From: Alloascoidea hylecoeti
Taxonomy: Eukaryota
Direction: 5' to 3'
NCBI GenBank assembly: GCA_001600815.1
Contig: BCKZ01000009.1
Coordinates: 646,194-710,193, forward strand
DNA length: 64,000 nucleotides
Shown: one piece after another, positions 23,573 through 37,030 of the stretch
Numbering within the stretch: the stretch's first letter is position 1
Layout: every line of letters starts with the position of its first letter
Position numbers and translations under genes: made by a program
The notes under the pieces: model-generated
Seen by the model: only the letters and a program-made list of their open reading frames with translations
What the model was told of the DNA's origin: nothing
The model's database searches: none

Positions 23573-25867
23573 GTCTGTGGTTTAATATGTGATTGCACTA
23601 CTAATTTAAGAGTGAGGATATCCTACACCCAAACACATCCATCCCATCGTGATCACTTTAAATTTTATTAGTATTAATATTACATTTTATACACTCATTT
23701 ATTACCAAAACACAGTCAAGCCATATACACGAAAATATCTTCCTGATCGCTCAATTACTTTAGCCCTTTTCATAGCTGTTGATAAATCTACCAGATCTAA
23801 AATAGAATCAGAATTAAAAGCTTCATATATTACTGATTTAATTAAATAATATTTTATTTTATTATCATGGGAATTACCCGGCTTTAAGATTCATTTTAAG
23901 ATCTAATTCAAAATAAAACATTCTACAAAATGGAAAATGTTACTGAATTAGGATTACAGTTGGTTACTCCTCTTGAACCCTTAACATGTAAAGTCACTTC
24001 GTTATATTAATAATAGATCTAAAGTTATTAATAATAATCCTAAAAATGACTTAAATATACAACAATGGAATAACTACATTAATTTCCTGGAAAATTTGTA
24101 AGTTCAAAAAATTGAGGTTACTAAAACTGTTTTCAATATTGATTAGAAAACACAACTTAAGTATAAAGATGAAACATTGCTTGCTAAATCAGGCAGAATC
24201 GAGGTCACAATTTCACAATGAATTTATATGAATATAATGCTCCTGGACATTATACCGGTTCATCAAATTCTTTCACTTGAAATGTTTATTTTTTGTTTAG
24301 ACCCATTCAATATGAATGAAAAGTTAAATTTTGGAATTCATCGAAAGAAAAAAACCCCGTTACAATAATTGTTACCCTCATAACATCAACCGACAAGAAC
24401 AAACCTCAATAGTAGAGCATCTCATTTTAGTGTATTAATTTTAAATATTGGGATAAAAGAACAACCCCAATAATGATTTTAGTATCAATAACAACCTGCC
24501 AATTCTTGAAAACTCCCCAGTAGATAGGTGAATTAATCGCTTTTTCATAAACAGTTATCCTCGTTGTACTATAACGTCTATTTTGAATGAGCAAAATAAA
24601 TGAACACTATCTATGATCATTTGACAACTTGCGAATTGAATAGTATAACCATTATTACCGGAACTCTAATGAGACATAACTTTGTTGGGAGTCTAGTAGA
24701 AAGGAAGTTCAATGGAAGAATTCTCTTGTACCCTTCGCTTGCAACTGTTGAAACTTGAAAGGGAAATAACTGGAATAAGATGATATTATCAAAATGTACC
24801 ATTTTTAAACCGTTTTTAATTGATTAAGATCTATACTAGGTAAAATCTCAACCTCATCAAGAACCAATCCGGAATTTAAACCGTTTCACGTAAAAGTATG
24901 AATATAGGGTCTTCAAGAACAAATATAGTCAATTTATTCCTGTGTGGAATGTTTTTATAAATAATGCATCTACTGATTCCCAAATAATATTATCAATATC
25001 CAAATGCAATAGAACTGCATGCTGTAGGTATATGAATATGGAACATTACCAACAGTAAAAGTTTTTATAATATTTACACTAAAATGATTGTTTCATAGCT
25101 CGGTTTGACTCGATCATAATCATATATCCTTCTAGAACCATATCTCATAATAGTTGTTAACTAGGGGAGTTACCTAATTGTGATATATATTAATATATAA
25201 ATTAGGATCCTAACGTAACTGTCATCTAAATAGGCCTACAGCAGGATCAAACTGAACATAAAATCTATTTTTATTCTTTTTACCTAGTTGGGACATGACG
25301 AGTTGATTTTTGACACTTTTTTTTTACCCATAATAATATTTTATTATAGACTATTTGTTGTTATTTTTGTAATATTATTTAATTATTTATCATGTCTGGT
25401 AAAAACAAATTTTTGTTCTTTTTTGGCTTGTCAATAACCGAAATATCGTGTTTTGCTGGTGAACATTTCCTTCGACAATTGTGTCCAAAATTCCTTTAAA
25501 ATTTTTTAGTTATTTTTTTCTTTTTCGCTCCCAGCGTGCCAATTTCACTAAGGTGGTTTAGTAGATAATACCCAGTTTCCTGGATTTATCTGGAAGGGCG
25601 AGTCACCACACCGTTTTATTACGTATAGTGAAACTTTGTGCGATTTCCTCCTACCTGACACATAGAATAAAATAAAAATAAGCAAAAAAAACTATAATTT
25701 TAATTTGAAATTGATGAACCCATATTAGCATTAGAACACAAAAGAAAGAGTTATATTTGCAATTCAATATTCTAAAACACTGAATAACTAAAAAATCAAA
25801 ACCTAATATTAATAAATGAAAATCAAATAAAGATATATATGCCAACTACAAAATCTCAATAACAATC

Positions 25868-27406
25868 TCACAAGATCTTTTCTTCTACTTTAACAGTTGC
25901 TGACTTGCTTGAATCATCAGATGGTCCCAACATCAAAATATCACGATCAGTTATCGTTTCTCTCAACAAATCCTTAAGCTTTCGTAAATCTCCGGCATCT
26001 TCTAATGAATTTGGACCATCATGTAAATAAATGGACATGACTGGTGACCCATTGTTATTTGTTGTAACAACGTCAATGATAATTGCATTAAATGCAGCAC
26101 TTGACATAAAATCCATTCGTTCAATATTGAATTTTGATTCTTCTTTATAATCAAACTTCACGTACCCTAAATTTGATAACCACATTGTATATTCTCTTTT
26201 ATCAGTAGCAACCATATCTAAGAACTTATAAGTATTTGGGAAAAGAAATGAGTAGACTAAACATGGTAGTGTCCTAGTGAGGATAAACTTTACTTCGGAT
26301 TTTCTCTTGATTTCTTCTGTATGCCTTATTACCTTTTGCCAAAATGTTTCTGTAGAATTTCTGTCATAATATGAATCAAAGATTGATGTATAAAAACCGA
26401 GAATTCTTCTTGGATCAGATTTTCTAATATATGGATCTGAAGGAGAAATGCATTTTCTTGCATCAAGAGGTGTTTGATGTCGAAGTTTATTAACTCCAGT
26501 AACTTTGCTAACGGCTTCAATACCTGCCTGGTTAATGAAGGATGTTACGCTTGATTTATTTTTCTTACAAACGTTTATAATATTTTGAGTTTCTTCGGCA
26601 GTGAGATGAAGTAATTCAACTTTACCCTTACCAAAGTCCATCTGTACTGGAATTCCTTTTGCTTGTTCAGCCACGGGAATTGGTGGAGCTGCTGGTGTAT
26701 ATCTTAACTCCTTTGGTCTTAAGAAATGTGGAAGCATAGGAAGTAAAACAGCCCATAATAGATAAGAAAGCTTACCCTTGTAAGGAATCACATTTGGATT
26801 ATTAATATGTGGAACAATTTCTGGTAAATCTGACCGACCAATTGTTGTAATCATGTTATCATCTAGAGGAACGTTTTCAAGCTCTCTGAGTGTCTCGAAA
26901 ATACTTAATTGAATGGATTGCCCTGATCTTCCATCTAATAACCCATGGTCATATATAAAACAAACCTCAACATCATTTAAAACAACTACTTTCCATAATA
27001 CAACGTCAGTTTTATTGATATTTGCCCGAAGGAAAGAATGGTGAATCATTTTAGAAACCAGCTCTGAATTCAAAGGACTATCTGGGTCTTCTTCTTGTTC
27101 ATTTTTGAGGTATTGAAATTCAACAACATCGTTTAAGTCAACCTTTTCAATATATTTCCATACACAGTCACTTGCTTCTCCTTTTATATCATCACAATAT
27201 ATATTGGCCAATAACCAAGGATTTTTAAGAATAATGCTTTTAAGAGCACGAATAATTTCTGGCTTGGTTACCGGTTTTGTGTACCTAGAAGTCAATTCAA
27301 CAGAACCAAAAAGACCTCTATAGCTCATCAATCCATAATACCATTCAACGGCATCTACTGGTCTGATTATGTCATCTCTTTGAGTTTCAAGTGGGATTAA
27401 TGCCAT
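25868..27406 (-). CDS. Alcohol acetyltransferase (AATase / Atf-Sli1 family, CoA-dependent acyltransferase)
   Basis: Catalytic HxxxDG motif (YDHGLLDG), IIRALKSIILKNPWLLANI, LWKVVVL and C-terminal LSNLG. Confidence 0.85.
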   Translation of the reverse strand: MALIPLETQRDDIIRPVDAVEWYYGLMSYRGLFGSVELTSRYTKPVTKPEIIRALKSIILKNPWLLANIYCDDIKGEASDCVWKYIEKVDLNDVVEFQYLKNEQEEDPDSPLNSELVSKMIHHSFLRANINKTDVVLWKVVVLNDVEVCFIYDHGLLDGRSGQSIQLSIFETLRELENVPLDDNMITTIGRSDLPEIVPHINNPNVIPYKGKLSYLLWAVLLPMLPHFLRPKELRYTPAAPPIPVAEQAKGIPVQMDFGKGKVELLHLTAEETQNIINVCKKNKSSVTSFINQAGIEAVSKVTGVNKLRHQTPLDARKCISPSDPYIRKSDPRRILGFYTSIFDSYYDRNSTETFWQKVIRHTEEIKRKSEVKFILTRTLPCLVYSFLFPNTYKFLDMVATDKREYTMWLSNLGYVKFDYKEESKFNIERMDFMSSAAFNAIIIDVVTTNNNGSPVMSIYLHDGPNSLEDAGDLRKLKDLLRETITDRDILMLGPSDDSSKSATVKVEEKIL

Positions 27407-30400
27407 TTTTTTATATGATTCTTAGTTCTTATAGTAATAGATAATCAGGTAAGTTGAAAAGTTTTGACTGAACTCTAGTATTAAGTCTAGAGGAATCTAA
27501 CGACTTAAATATAGGCAATATCATGAAATAAAATGGTTAAATAATAATTAGCAATTTTCTATACATCTGCCTGTATATGTCTAGAACTGTCTTTATGTGT
27601 TTTAATTTATAATATTATGTCAAGTTAGTATTGTCTTAGATTTATTTCTTGATTTAAAGCTGCAATGAAGAATATTAACTTTCGTGTATAAATTTTAATA
27701 TAGCTAATATTAATGATATTAATATTCTCCGATATTCGCAATACGGATGCCTTCATAGTTGATTCTGGTGGATTTATCAAGAATTAATTTCCATATTCTA
27801 ACTTTGAAGCCTACAATATATAGATAATTAATAATAAGTTACATGATATATCAAAATTAAATCAATACTTTCATCTGCATAAATAATTTTTTTATCGCGC
27901 TCAAAATGTAATTATAAATTGATATTCAAAGATATATCTAGATTTAGCAGGGCTGTAGAGCCATTTGAAGCTATAAAATATCCTTTACAGCTCGAGCTCT
28001 ATTAATATTGAATGTATTGGACTTCAAACTTATGTTTGTCATCGGCACATGCATACACCTAGGATGTTTATATGCATAATAAAATTAAGTTCATCAAACC
28101 TACAAAATGCAACAGTTATCGATATATATCCTGATTTCTGATCTCCGTGGCCAGCATTAAACATTCAATTTGTCTCTCTTTCACCCCCTTTTTACTTCCA
28201 TAGGCTCCAATGTTACAAATAACTTGATTAATATCCCTCCCCTGTCTTTTTTGCTCTTAACTGAATCATGCCAGCAAAGAGAATGTGCACCTACCACATT
28301 ATCAAGTTGCGATGGTTTCAATGTCTGGTAATCGTGTTTCAAAACATATTTCTTTTTATATTTTTGTGATAGGTATTAGATATATAATATTATACAGGTA
28401 GGTATAAAGTAAATAATTCCGCCCACTGGAAACCAATTCCATTACAGGGCTTTAATAGAAAATAATGATAATATAAGAATAATAGGTTATCCTAAGCTTA
28501 ATTATTCTTTACCCATTTCCAGTTATTAATATTATTCGCTCATCTTATCCCAACAAAAGTAAAATTTGAGATCATCATGCGGGACGATTGATGATTTGTG
28601 TAATTGTGGTACTATAATTCGTTGGAATTCATTTTTTATAGGGCTAAATTGTCAAGTAGGGTCAAAATCAATTCGCGGACAGTTGCATTATACATTATTG
28701 CGTAAATCAATTACTGTTAAAATTAAACATACAGTACTATGAATAGTACATGTGCGCCTTACATATGTACAATGTCTAATTTCGTCTCTCTGATTATATT
28801 ATTCTTTAATTCTCTATTCAAGCCACTAAAGTTTAAGAAGTATGTTTTATAGGAAGGTAATCATCTTATCTAAGCTATAATTTAAGTAGTAGGGGCATTG
28901 TATATGTGTACAGTGGAAGCATGATCAAGTCTTCCACATCAGCGGCTAATTTCTGTGGGTTGACAAATTTTCATCGCTGGTTTGTGCTGAAATTTAATGA
29001 GATAGTAGCACTATCACAGGAGTTTGATATGACAAAGTGCCTTGGATCCATGGTGAATTATGAAATACTATAAACTTTATATGAAGACAAAGACAAAGCA
29101 AATGGTCCCATATGTAGACTAAACAATTGATAATATTTGAAGAATGCATAGTCATAGTTACAACAATATGAATACTAAGTATAAACAACTCGACCAAATC
29201 TAGATCTAGAAAATATTATATATGAATGATACTAAATTACTAATCTTCAAAACCTTGGATGTATCAACTAGTAACCGCAAAATCTTGGTCCAATGTTCCG
29301 TATTCACATCGCTTCAGTTTTTAACCATGACCTAACCTAATACGAATGCGGAAAATGCCATGGTCAATCGGTGTTCCATCTTATCGGGATTGTGGAATTT
29401 TAAGATGAAACTCGCGAATGGAAAGCGGTATTTAAAACTACAGCTTTCAGACATTTACACACAAGAAAAGAACTGCTCGCAGCCCGCACTACAGTGGTTT
29501 ATTTCAACATAATATAATTGAACGTATATAACTTATATGACATCAAAATATAGTGCAACTAAAATTACACGTGCACAAATAGGAAGCGCTAGCTTGAGGT
29601 CAAGTGCTCAGGTCAACACCATTGAAGTATCCAGTACTCAACAAGAACGTTCCAATAACGGGTGGTCGTCGATGGTCGATCAATCTATAAGGGAAAATGA
29701 AAAATTATAATCCAATACAGCTGAGAGCCTTCCAATGGAAATGAAGAGAAATACAGATAATGAGGTGATCCTATAGCAAAGGCGATACCGCACTCTCCAT
29801 CATTACCAATCACAGTCCGTGGTTTTTATTACATATAATATAAGAATAAATAAGCCCTTACATAGTCTAACTCTATATACTCTGCCCAAGAAATAAGTTG
29901 TAGCACTTATGCAATCATTGCAATACATCCTTCAAAGTTCAATTATATATATAATATATATCCATTGTTTTGTCTTCATATCAGATTACGATGCCTCAAC
30001 TGAACCATGGATTATAAGTTATAAACATTTGTATGCATATACATATGATTACAATTGCGCAATTGCTACCTACGCAACTTATATCTATAGATATATTTAA
30101 ACTGGTTTTGTGGTATTAGTGTAAATACACAACGATAAATGTTATAAAAATTTTAAAACATGTAATTATAATTTTGGGTTTTTACAGACATTTATTAAGA
30201 TATATAGGGCTGTTGTATGAACATGCTATATTATAAATTTATATATTGTAATCAAGATTAGCGCAAATTAAGACAAGCTATAATGCTATAGCTAATATTA
30301 GCTATACATTCTCGGAATTAATATTGGTATTGTTCCGTATCAGTTACAATAAAGTGCATTGCATACTAAGGTTAATCTAAATTAAATTAAGCTTAAATGG

Positions 30401-32330
30401 TTATATTATTTACAAGAAAGTTATAAAAATATATATAATTAAATTTAATTATAATTAATCTAAAAAGACATATTTTAATTTTATTTTGTAAGGCTATATT
30501 TTACACATTATATTTATAGATTGATTAATATTTAAATTTTTGGATTTTGCGATTAAATATTGGGGTTTAACATTTAATTTAGTTATTGCAATTTGCAATT
30601 GTATACGTAATTATAGATCATATATATGCATTGATGATTATAACTAATTATATATGCTATCTTTGAAGAAATTATTTTTTAGTAGCAGTTATCTATCTGG
30701 GTAAGATAATCAGATTGCCCCACTACCTTGTGGCAGTTTTAAAATACAAAACAGTAATGCTAACTATAGGAGCTATTACTATATCATAAATATATATATA
30801 TAGCTGAAAAATAAAGCAATTATGATTAACGTAACCGATCTATATATATATATATAGAAATGAAATAATTAATTAAATATAAAGTTAATGTCATACAATT
30901 CTTTTGTGTCACTATAATACTATAGCTATTAGTTAATTAATAATAGATATGTATGCGTTTAGTTTCACCAAACACTAGTAATAAACTATATATAAGACCT
31001 TATACGATCGCAAGTTGAAATATTAATGACTTTATGTAGAATTAATTTGGCTTCACAATCACAAAATTTATGATATATATATTGTGAATTTGTGATAGCT
31101 ATAGGGAATCAGTAGAAATTAATATATAGCTATTTAGTGGTGCTGAAAATTAAATATATGATTTACCCGGTATAAGCTTAATATTAATCATAATATTAAC
31201 ATTAATATATATAATTACATATATATTTAGGGCGGTGCTTTCTTCTATTTATATTAAAGCTTCTAATTAAATTTATTTTCAAGACCATATTAAGATTGTA
31301 AAATATAAGACTATCTAATCAATAATTATATATATATATTCAAATTTGGTATAAGTTTGTTTTCTAATTATTAACGTTAACCATAATACTTATATCTGGC
31401 TTAAACAGTGACTTTATGGAGCTTGAGTTACCAGAATATGTTGTTGTGCGTATGCATGGATATACCTGAAACGGTGTCTCAATAACCATAGATTCCATAC
31501 TATATTATAATTATATGATTTATCTTCTCAGTTTTGAGAAAATTATGAAGTTTTAGTCGAGGTCGAAAACCAATAATTGAAACAATTGCAATATTAATCG
31601 ACATCCAAATATTAATTAAAGCATATAATATACCGGTAATACTCATTTGATGTTGTGTTTGATGTTTGTGTTATATGTACGTACAATATTACTGTATTAA
31701 TATTAATTTAAAAATACACATGCATATGCATATTCAGGTGCACTCCCTAACAGAAACTATTTAATTAATGGTATAGCTTATAATGCCCATAAGTTATATA
31801 TCGCAACTTGATTCGCAAGCTATGAAGATCAATGATTTAACAAATATACAGTTTCTCCACCATAAACTCGCTATAAACATATATGAACATATACTAGGAT
31901 GTTTAAAGAGATCATTTATTAGTGGGTAAGTAGTGTGATGAGTAGCGTTGCTGGCATACATTGAAGGCTATATGTCTACATGTATGCCTATATAATAGTG
32001 AGATACCTCTATGAAGCTTTATAGGTGCTAGTGGGTATAACTTCCACCACTAATAAATAAAATCGACAAATCACCAATAGATCTACATGTGTTTAATTAT
32101 GATAAAGATTTGATTGAATTAAGTTCTTGTTTGGTGATTAATAATAAATATACAACGAAACTCATAATTATTGTGGTGGTAATTGGGTGATGGTAATAAA
32201 TGAACGACGATATTCTATTTAATAAACTAATCAGATTCATACATCATTTTTATTCCACTCATTAGCATCATGATATGAATCAGATGGAACTGTTGTTGAA
32301 TTCTCAAAAATGCCTTTTTCGTGTGTCTTA

Positions 32331-33416
32331 TTAATCTTTTTCTGTGTGTAGTTTTGCAATTCCATTATATATTGGTAATGCCATGTCTGGTAAATATTCT
32401 TTATCAATATTAATTACATCAAAAAATAAAAGCTTATAACTATTTTTACCCTTTTGTTTGATCTTATTTTCGTTTTCAATATTCATCATATTAACAGATA
32501 TAAATTCCTTAGAAATATATTCATCTTCTTGTTGGAGTTCGTTTTCTTTATAATTTGCAGCTAAAGTTCTTGGATCAACACACTTATTACAATAGTTGAA
32601 TGGTAGTGATTTGTAGCTACTTCGGCTGTAACCATTCTTATCATTGTCACACATAGTTGGTGACTCTTCAAATCGTTTTTGTAAATTGCTCTTTTGTATA
32701 ATATCTATTATTACTTCAGTGTATTTTGATACATTTGACAAGAATTCAAATCCTTTCCCATGATAAGTTGATGATAGACAATTGTAATGGAAGGATGAAG
32801 CCAAGAAATAAAAATTTGAAATTAACGAATAATATTGAGCCAATTCAATACCATTAATCATTATATCAAATTTATTTTGATAAAAAGTCTGTGATTTTCT
32901 GGAAATATCATGTTTAATAATTTTATGTTTGATCTTAGGATCATCTTTAAAATAAGTTAATTTTTTATAATACTCTAAAACAGAATTTAAGATCTGATTC
33001 AAATAGTTGATAAATTTACTATAATCATTGTTATTTGTTAATATCGTCAAATTTTCTATCGACATTGAATCGCCGAGGTTATATTTTAAACGAAAATAAG
33101 CTTCAACAACATTAATAAACTTAACAACATCTTCCAAATATTCAGTGTGAGTGTTTGTAATCTTTATAAGCACATTTTTGCATGCTTGGGACTTGTCATT
33201 CTCCATTTTTAAGGTAATCATTCTCAGTTGTTCTTCTTTTACTCTTCGAGTTTTATACACCTTTTTGTTTCTTGAAGGTAACTCAGCATGCTCGGTTCGT
33301 CCTTCATTATTTTCTTGACTGGGAACATCATAATTAACAGCTTTTGTGGGTAGTAGCTTGTTACTAATGTTTTTACTAAAGGGATTAAGAGCAGATAAGA
33401 ATTGGCGACGAGGCAT
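32331..33416 (-). CDS. Orphan family protein, copy A (about 361 aa)
   Basis: Intact ORF from ATG 33416 (MPRRQFLSALN). Near-identical to 61003-62025 and distantly similar to 34306-35311. Confidence 0.75.
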   Translation of the reverse strand: MPRRQFLSALNPFSKNISNKLLPTKAVNYDVPSQENNEGRTEHAELPSRNKKVYKTRRVKEEQLRMITLKMENDKSQACKNVLIKITNTHTEYLEDVVKFINVVEAYFRLKYNLGDSMSIENLTILTNNNDYSKFINYLNQILNSVLEYYKKLTYFKDDPKIKHKIIKHDISRKSQTFYQNKFDIMINGIELAQYYSLISNFYFLASSFHYNCLSSTYHGKGFEFLSNVSKYTEVIIDIIQKSNLQKRFEESPTMCDNDKNGYSRSSYKSLPFNYCNKCVDPRTLAANYKENELQQEDEYISKEFISVNMMNIENENKIKQKGKNSYKLLFFDVINIDKEYLPDMALPIYNGIAKLHTEKD

Positions 33417-34135
33417 GATTATAAGCTTTTTGTATTGGGATGTATACAAGGGTTAAAAAATAGAGAGCGAAGGAATAAAATGAAAGAAAAAAATAAAAAT
33501 GCAAATTTATATGCTGTAACTGCAATTCACGAATTAGGAAACTGTTACTTCCTAAATATTTTTTGCATAAATGGTAGACAATGTTGCACATACTGTATCT
33601 AGCCATTATGATCGCAACATGGACGTGGGAATATATATAACTAGCGATTATCATCACTTTAAACTTTACAATATCAAGGTTTCAGTTGTATAAATTGCTT
33701 TGAATTATTCATAACTTATACAGTCATTCCACTTAATATGGACCACATTTTGAACCAAATATTTATTTAAGTAGGAAGTAGTGCATCATAGGAGGTGTCC
33801 ATAACTGCCAAGTCAAGGTACGTATAATGTAGTTAGCTACGTATCCTCTGTAGCTGTAGTATACCTTTGGATGATATATCAATGAGGTGCTCAACAATAT
33901 ATATTAATATTCATATGCCTCTGAATTGAATATAGTGCTTCATATTTCAATAATATAACTATCTAGTTCATAATAACCTAAATATTATATTTTTAACTAT
34001 TATAGAAAAAAAAACATCCTCCTTGATGAATATTCCATCACTATGGCTTCTGGTATGCGAATTCTATATTAGGATACAACAGCTTCACACGAACTATATT
34101 ATGCACAGTATCAGATTCATTTTTTAATTTTTCTG
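32331..34135. repeat. About 1.8-kb direct segmental duplication, copy A (pairs with about 61003-62725)
   Basis: The gene and about 700 bp of upstream sequence align by eye, e.g. CATCCTCCTT..TGAATA.TCCA.CACTATGGCTTC and ATTATGCACAGTATCA occur in both copies. Confidence 0.95.
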
Positions 34136-34305
34136 CAGCCATCAGATACGGCTTCCGCATAAAGTAATATGCATATGTGCGGCATAATCATATAAAAATG
34201 GTCAAAATTTATTTTCTTCTTTACAATCCTCTAAACTTAACAACCATCTTACAATAATTCATCTTTTTTAAATCAATTAATAACATATATTCCCAATAAA
34301 TAAAT

Positions 34306-35311
34306 ATGTTTATAGATAATAATATTACCTCCATTATTGATTATACCGACAACATTATATTTAATATCAACGATAATGATGCGTCAACATCCACTTGTAA
34401 ATGGTCTGGAACAGTAGCTGAAATTTTAGAAATTGAAGAACAACTATCAGGTTCTAATATTCTAAAAGATGATAGTTTTGCTGAATTTGATCCCGAAGCA
34501 AAACTCGATTATGATGATAGCGATGATGCAGTTGTCGAGAGAATCGAGCGTCTCCAAAAGATAGGTAAAAGTCTTGTTTATATGCATAGGAGTGTTATTA
34601 CTCAATCAGAAAACTTTTTATATGGTATTGAACAATATCATCTTTCATTTAAAAGTTACCCAGTGACCCTAAATTTAAGGGATCCAAATTTACCAAAATT
34701 GGTATTACCTGTAGAGTTACAAGCCATATTTGAAAATGATCATGAAAAATATATGAATATTTTGAGAAATAATATTTTTCAAATTCATTATTTTTATCAC
34801 AAAATCATATCATATTCGGACAAGTATTTTTCATCTGAGGATGATACAACGTACGAGTACATGACTGGTAAAAGAACTAGAAGTTATAGAAATTCCACTA
34901 TTGTTGACTTTGATTTAATGGCTGAAACTGATGATGGATATCATTTCGAAATACTAGCAGCACAATATTTCTCGTTAGTAGCAAATTATTATTTCCTAAT
35001 TTCTGCTTTCTATTACAACAGTGGAGAAAATGAAGGTAGTGCAAAACTTGTATAATATATCAAGGTGATGAATCAACTAATATTGGAGTATGTCCTATGA
35101 ATTACAAATGAAATATAAAAAAACAAAAACAATGTGCCATTATTTATTTCACGGTGGTTGTATTGAAGCAAAATTAACACCTTTTATTTATTGTGATAGC
35201 TTCGTCGATCCAGTTAATATTAGCTTCTATGATATATCAAATGAAGTTAATGAGTACGAAGGCGAAGCTCATAACAATAAGTTATTATTCAATACATATG
35301 GTAATAGTTAA
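34306..35311 (+). pseudogene. Divergent paralog of the orphan family, interrupted by a stop at 35053-35055 and a frame change
   Basis: AQYFSLVANYYFLISAFYYN aligns with AQYYSLISNFYFLASSFHYN. Downstream ORF 35090-35311 (TMC...PFIYCDSFVDP) aligns with TMC...PFNYCNKCVDP of copies A and B. Confidence 0.7.
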
Positions 35312-35686
35312 ATATTTGAAAATAAAGAGCTCAAGATCACTTCTGAATTGATTCAATAGGAACAACAATGTTAACCAAGAAGAACTCAAACTGATTACGA
35401 AATGAATTAGAAATGCGTATAGTGACAATCATGTTGCATTAAAAGAACGTAGGAAATTTTTGGCAAGAAAAGGAAAACATAATGATCTTCAAATATAATG
35501 TGTTTATTAATAATCAAGAACTTTTCATCTGTAGTGTTAGCAATTAATGAGTATATTGAGAAAAGTGTATGACTAGTGTGAATATATCGATATGCATTTA
35601 TATTGATTATATAAACCCTATTAATACCAACTCTTCTATGATCACTCATTGTAAATAACATATATAGGAACACTCTTGAGAAATAG

Positions 35687-35899
35687 CTACCATAAGACAA
35701 TTTCGGTATTTAAACCTTCATTATCAATAAGCTTATCAAGCTTATTAGATAATTCAATGAACTTATCTTCCATCCTTTTAATGACTGATTTAATATCATC
35801 TTTGAGTTCATCAACGTTAGATCTTAGATCCTCAAATTGTGGAAGAATGCTATTTGCAATCGGTCTATTGGTGTTACTAGTATCCAACCATTTTATCAT
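35687..35899 (-). other. Short coiled-coil-like ORF or gene relic
   Basis: 70 aa with a heptad pattern (FEDLRSNVDELKDDIKSVIKRMEDKFIELSNKLDKL). No family recognised. Confidence 0.3.
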
Positions 35900-37030
35900 A
35901 TTTACGTTTTCAGATAACTTGATTCGTTATATGAGATATAATAAATTTTTGATAAATTTCGATTAATGGCTGCGTCGTTGATAGATCATTATTGTTTATG
36001 ATTGTTGAAGAGAATACCCAGACGCGAGTTAATTCAAATTTACGTGGCTCTAAACAAATATCAATAGCAAGGAATGAAAATTACGTGGACAACTAATGGG
36101 CGGTAACTTTGGGTCTACTCTTATATCGGTCTAATATTTTGTCTTCAAGTCGATATTAAATGTTCTGCGTCTGTATTACTTATTACTATAGTCTATTTGT
36201 GTTCACGTTCAAAGTAGTTCATTTGTTTAGTCCGCAATCTATAGCGAGTCGGCTCTAATTTAGTGATGAATTCATTTTTGTATTTTTGCACGCTATAAAG
36301 CTCCATTGTGATTTCACTATATAAATCTGTAAAATTTCTTGCATTTGGTTATCTATTATTATTAGAAATTTAAATTAACTGATTAGAATTTCAGTTTAAA
36401 AAAGAAAAAAGAAAACTATAGGCAATGTATTTTGTGGTCGTGGTAATATTAATTGTTCATATTATATGAATATACGGTATACCAAAAACAAAGACTTACA
36501 ATAATAATCAATCAATCCATTCAAATTTATAAAGATTGGCTGGTTGGATACCTGCGACTATTTATACTATTTCTATTTCATGGTTAGTTGAAAAAAGAAT
36601 AAATTAACGTTTGGTAGGTATAAAAATTCGGATAAGTTCATTGGTGTTTCTCCCCATTTGCAGATATGTTTATGACATTTTAAATCAAAATACAAATACA
36701 AGCTTTATGTGTGATGATGAATAAATATTATTTCGGGAAACGGCAATGGACAACAATCAGAAAACAATATTGGAATTAAAATATTGACATCTGCACAATG
36801 ATAATTTAATATCTCGGAACATTATCATCAGTGTTTTCCTTGGAGCTTGGAAATGGGGAGTAGAACAAAGTATTTTGGAGTTGATGCTTGTTTGCAGCTT
36901 ATAATATGTCACGAATCCATGTAGCTTCAACTTCTTCCGGACTTTATAACCTTTTGAATTATAACTTTCTTTCGATTTACCAAACAATCCTCCATTTCTC
37001 TCTTTTCTCTTTTTTCAATTAACTCTTGAG

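Noticed and set aside
22946..23585. Several overlapping or antisense ORFs in the PCL 5' region (likewise 1686-2211 and 43855-44324)
   Set aside because: Expected by-products of locally high GC content and few stop codons; no protein-like features.
29340..29830. Coding-like stretch in the gene desert (NAENAMVNRCSIL, SNNGWSS) hinting at a transposase
   Set aside because: The matches are too short and inconsistent to assign a family.
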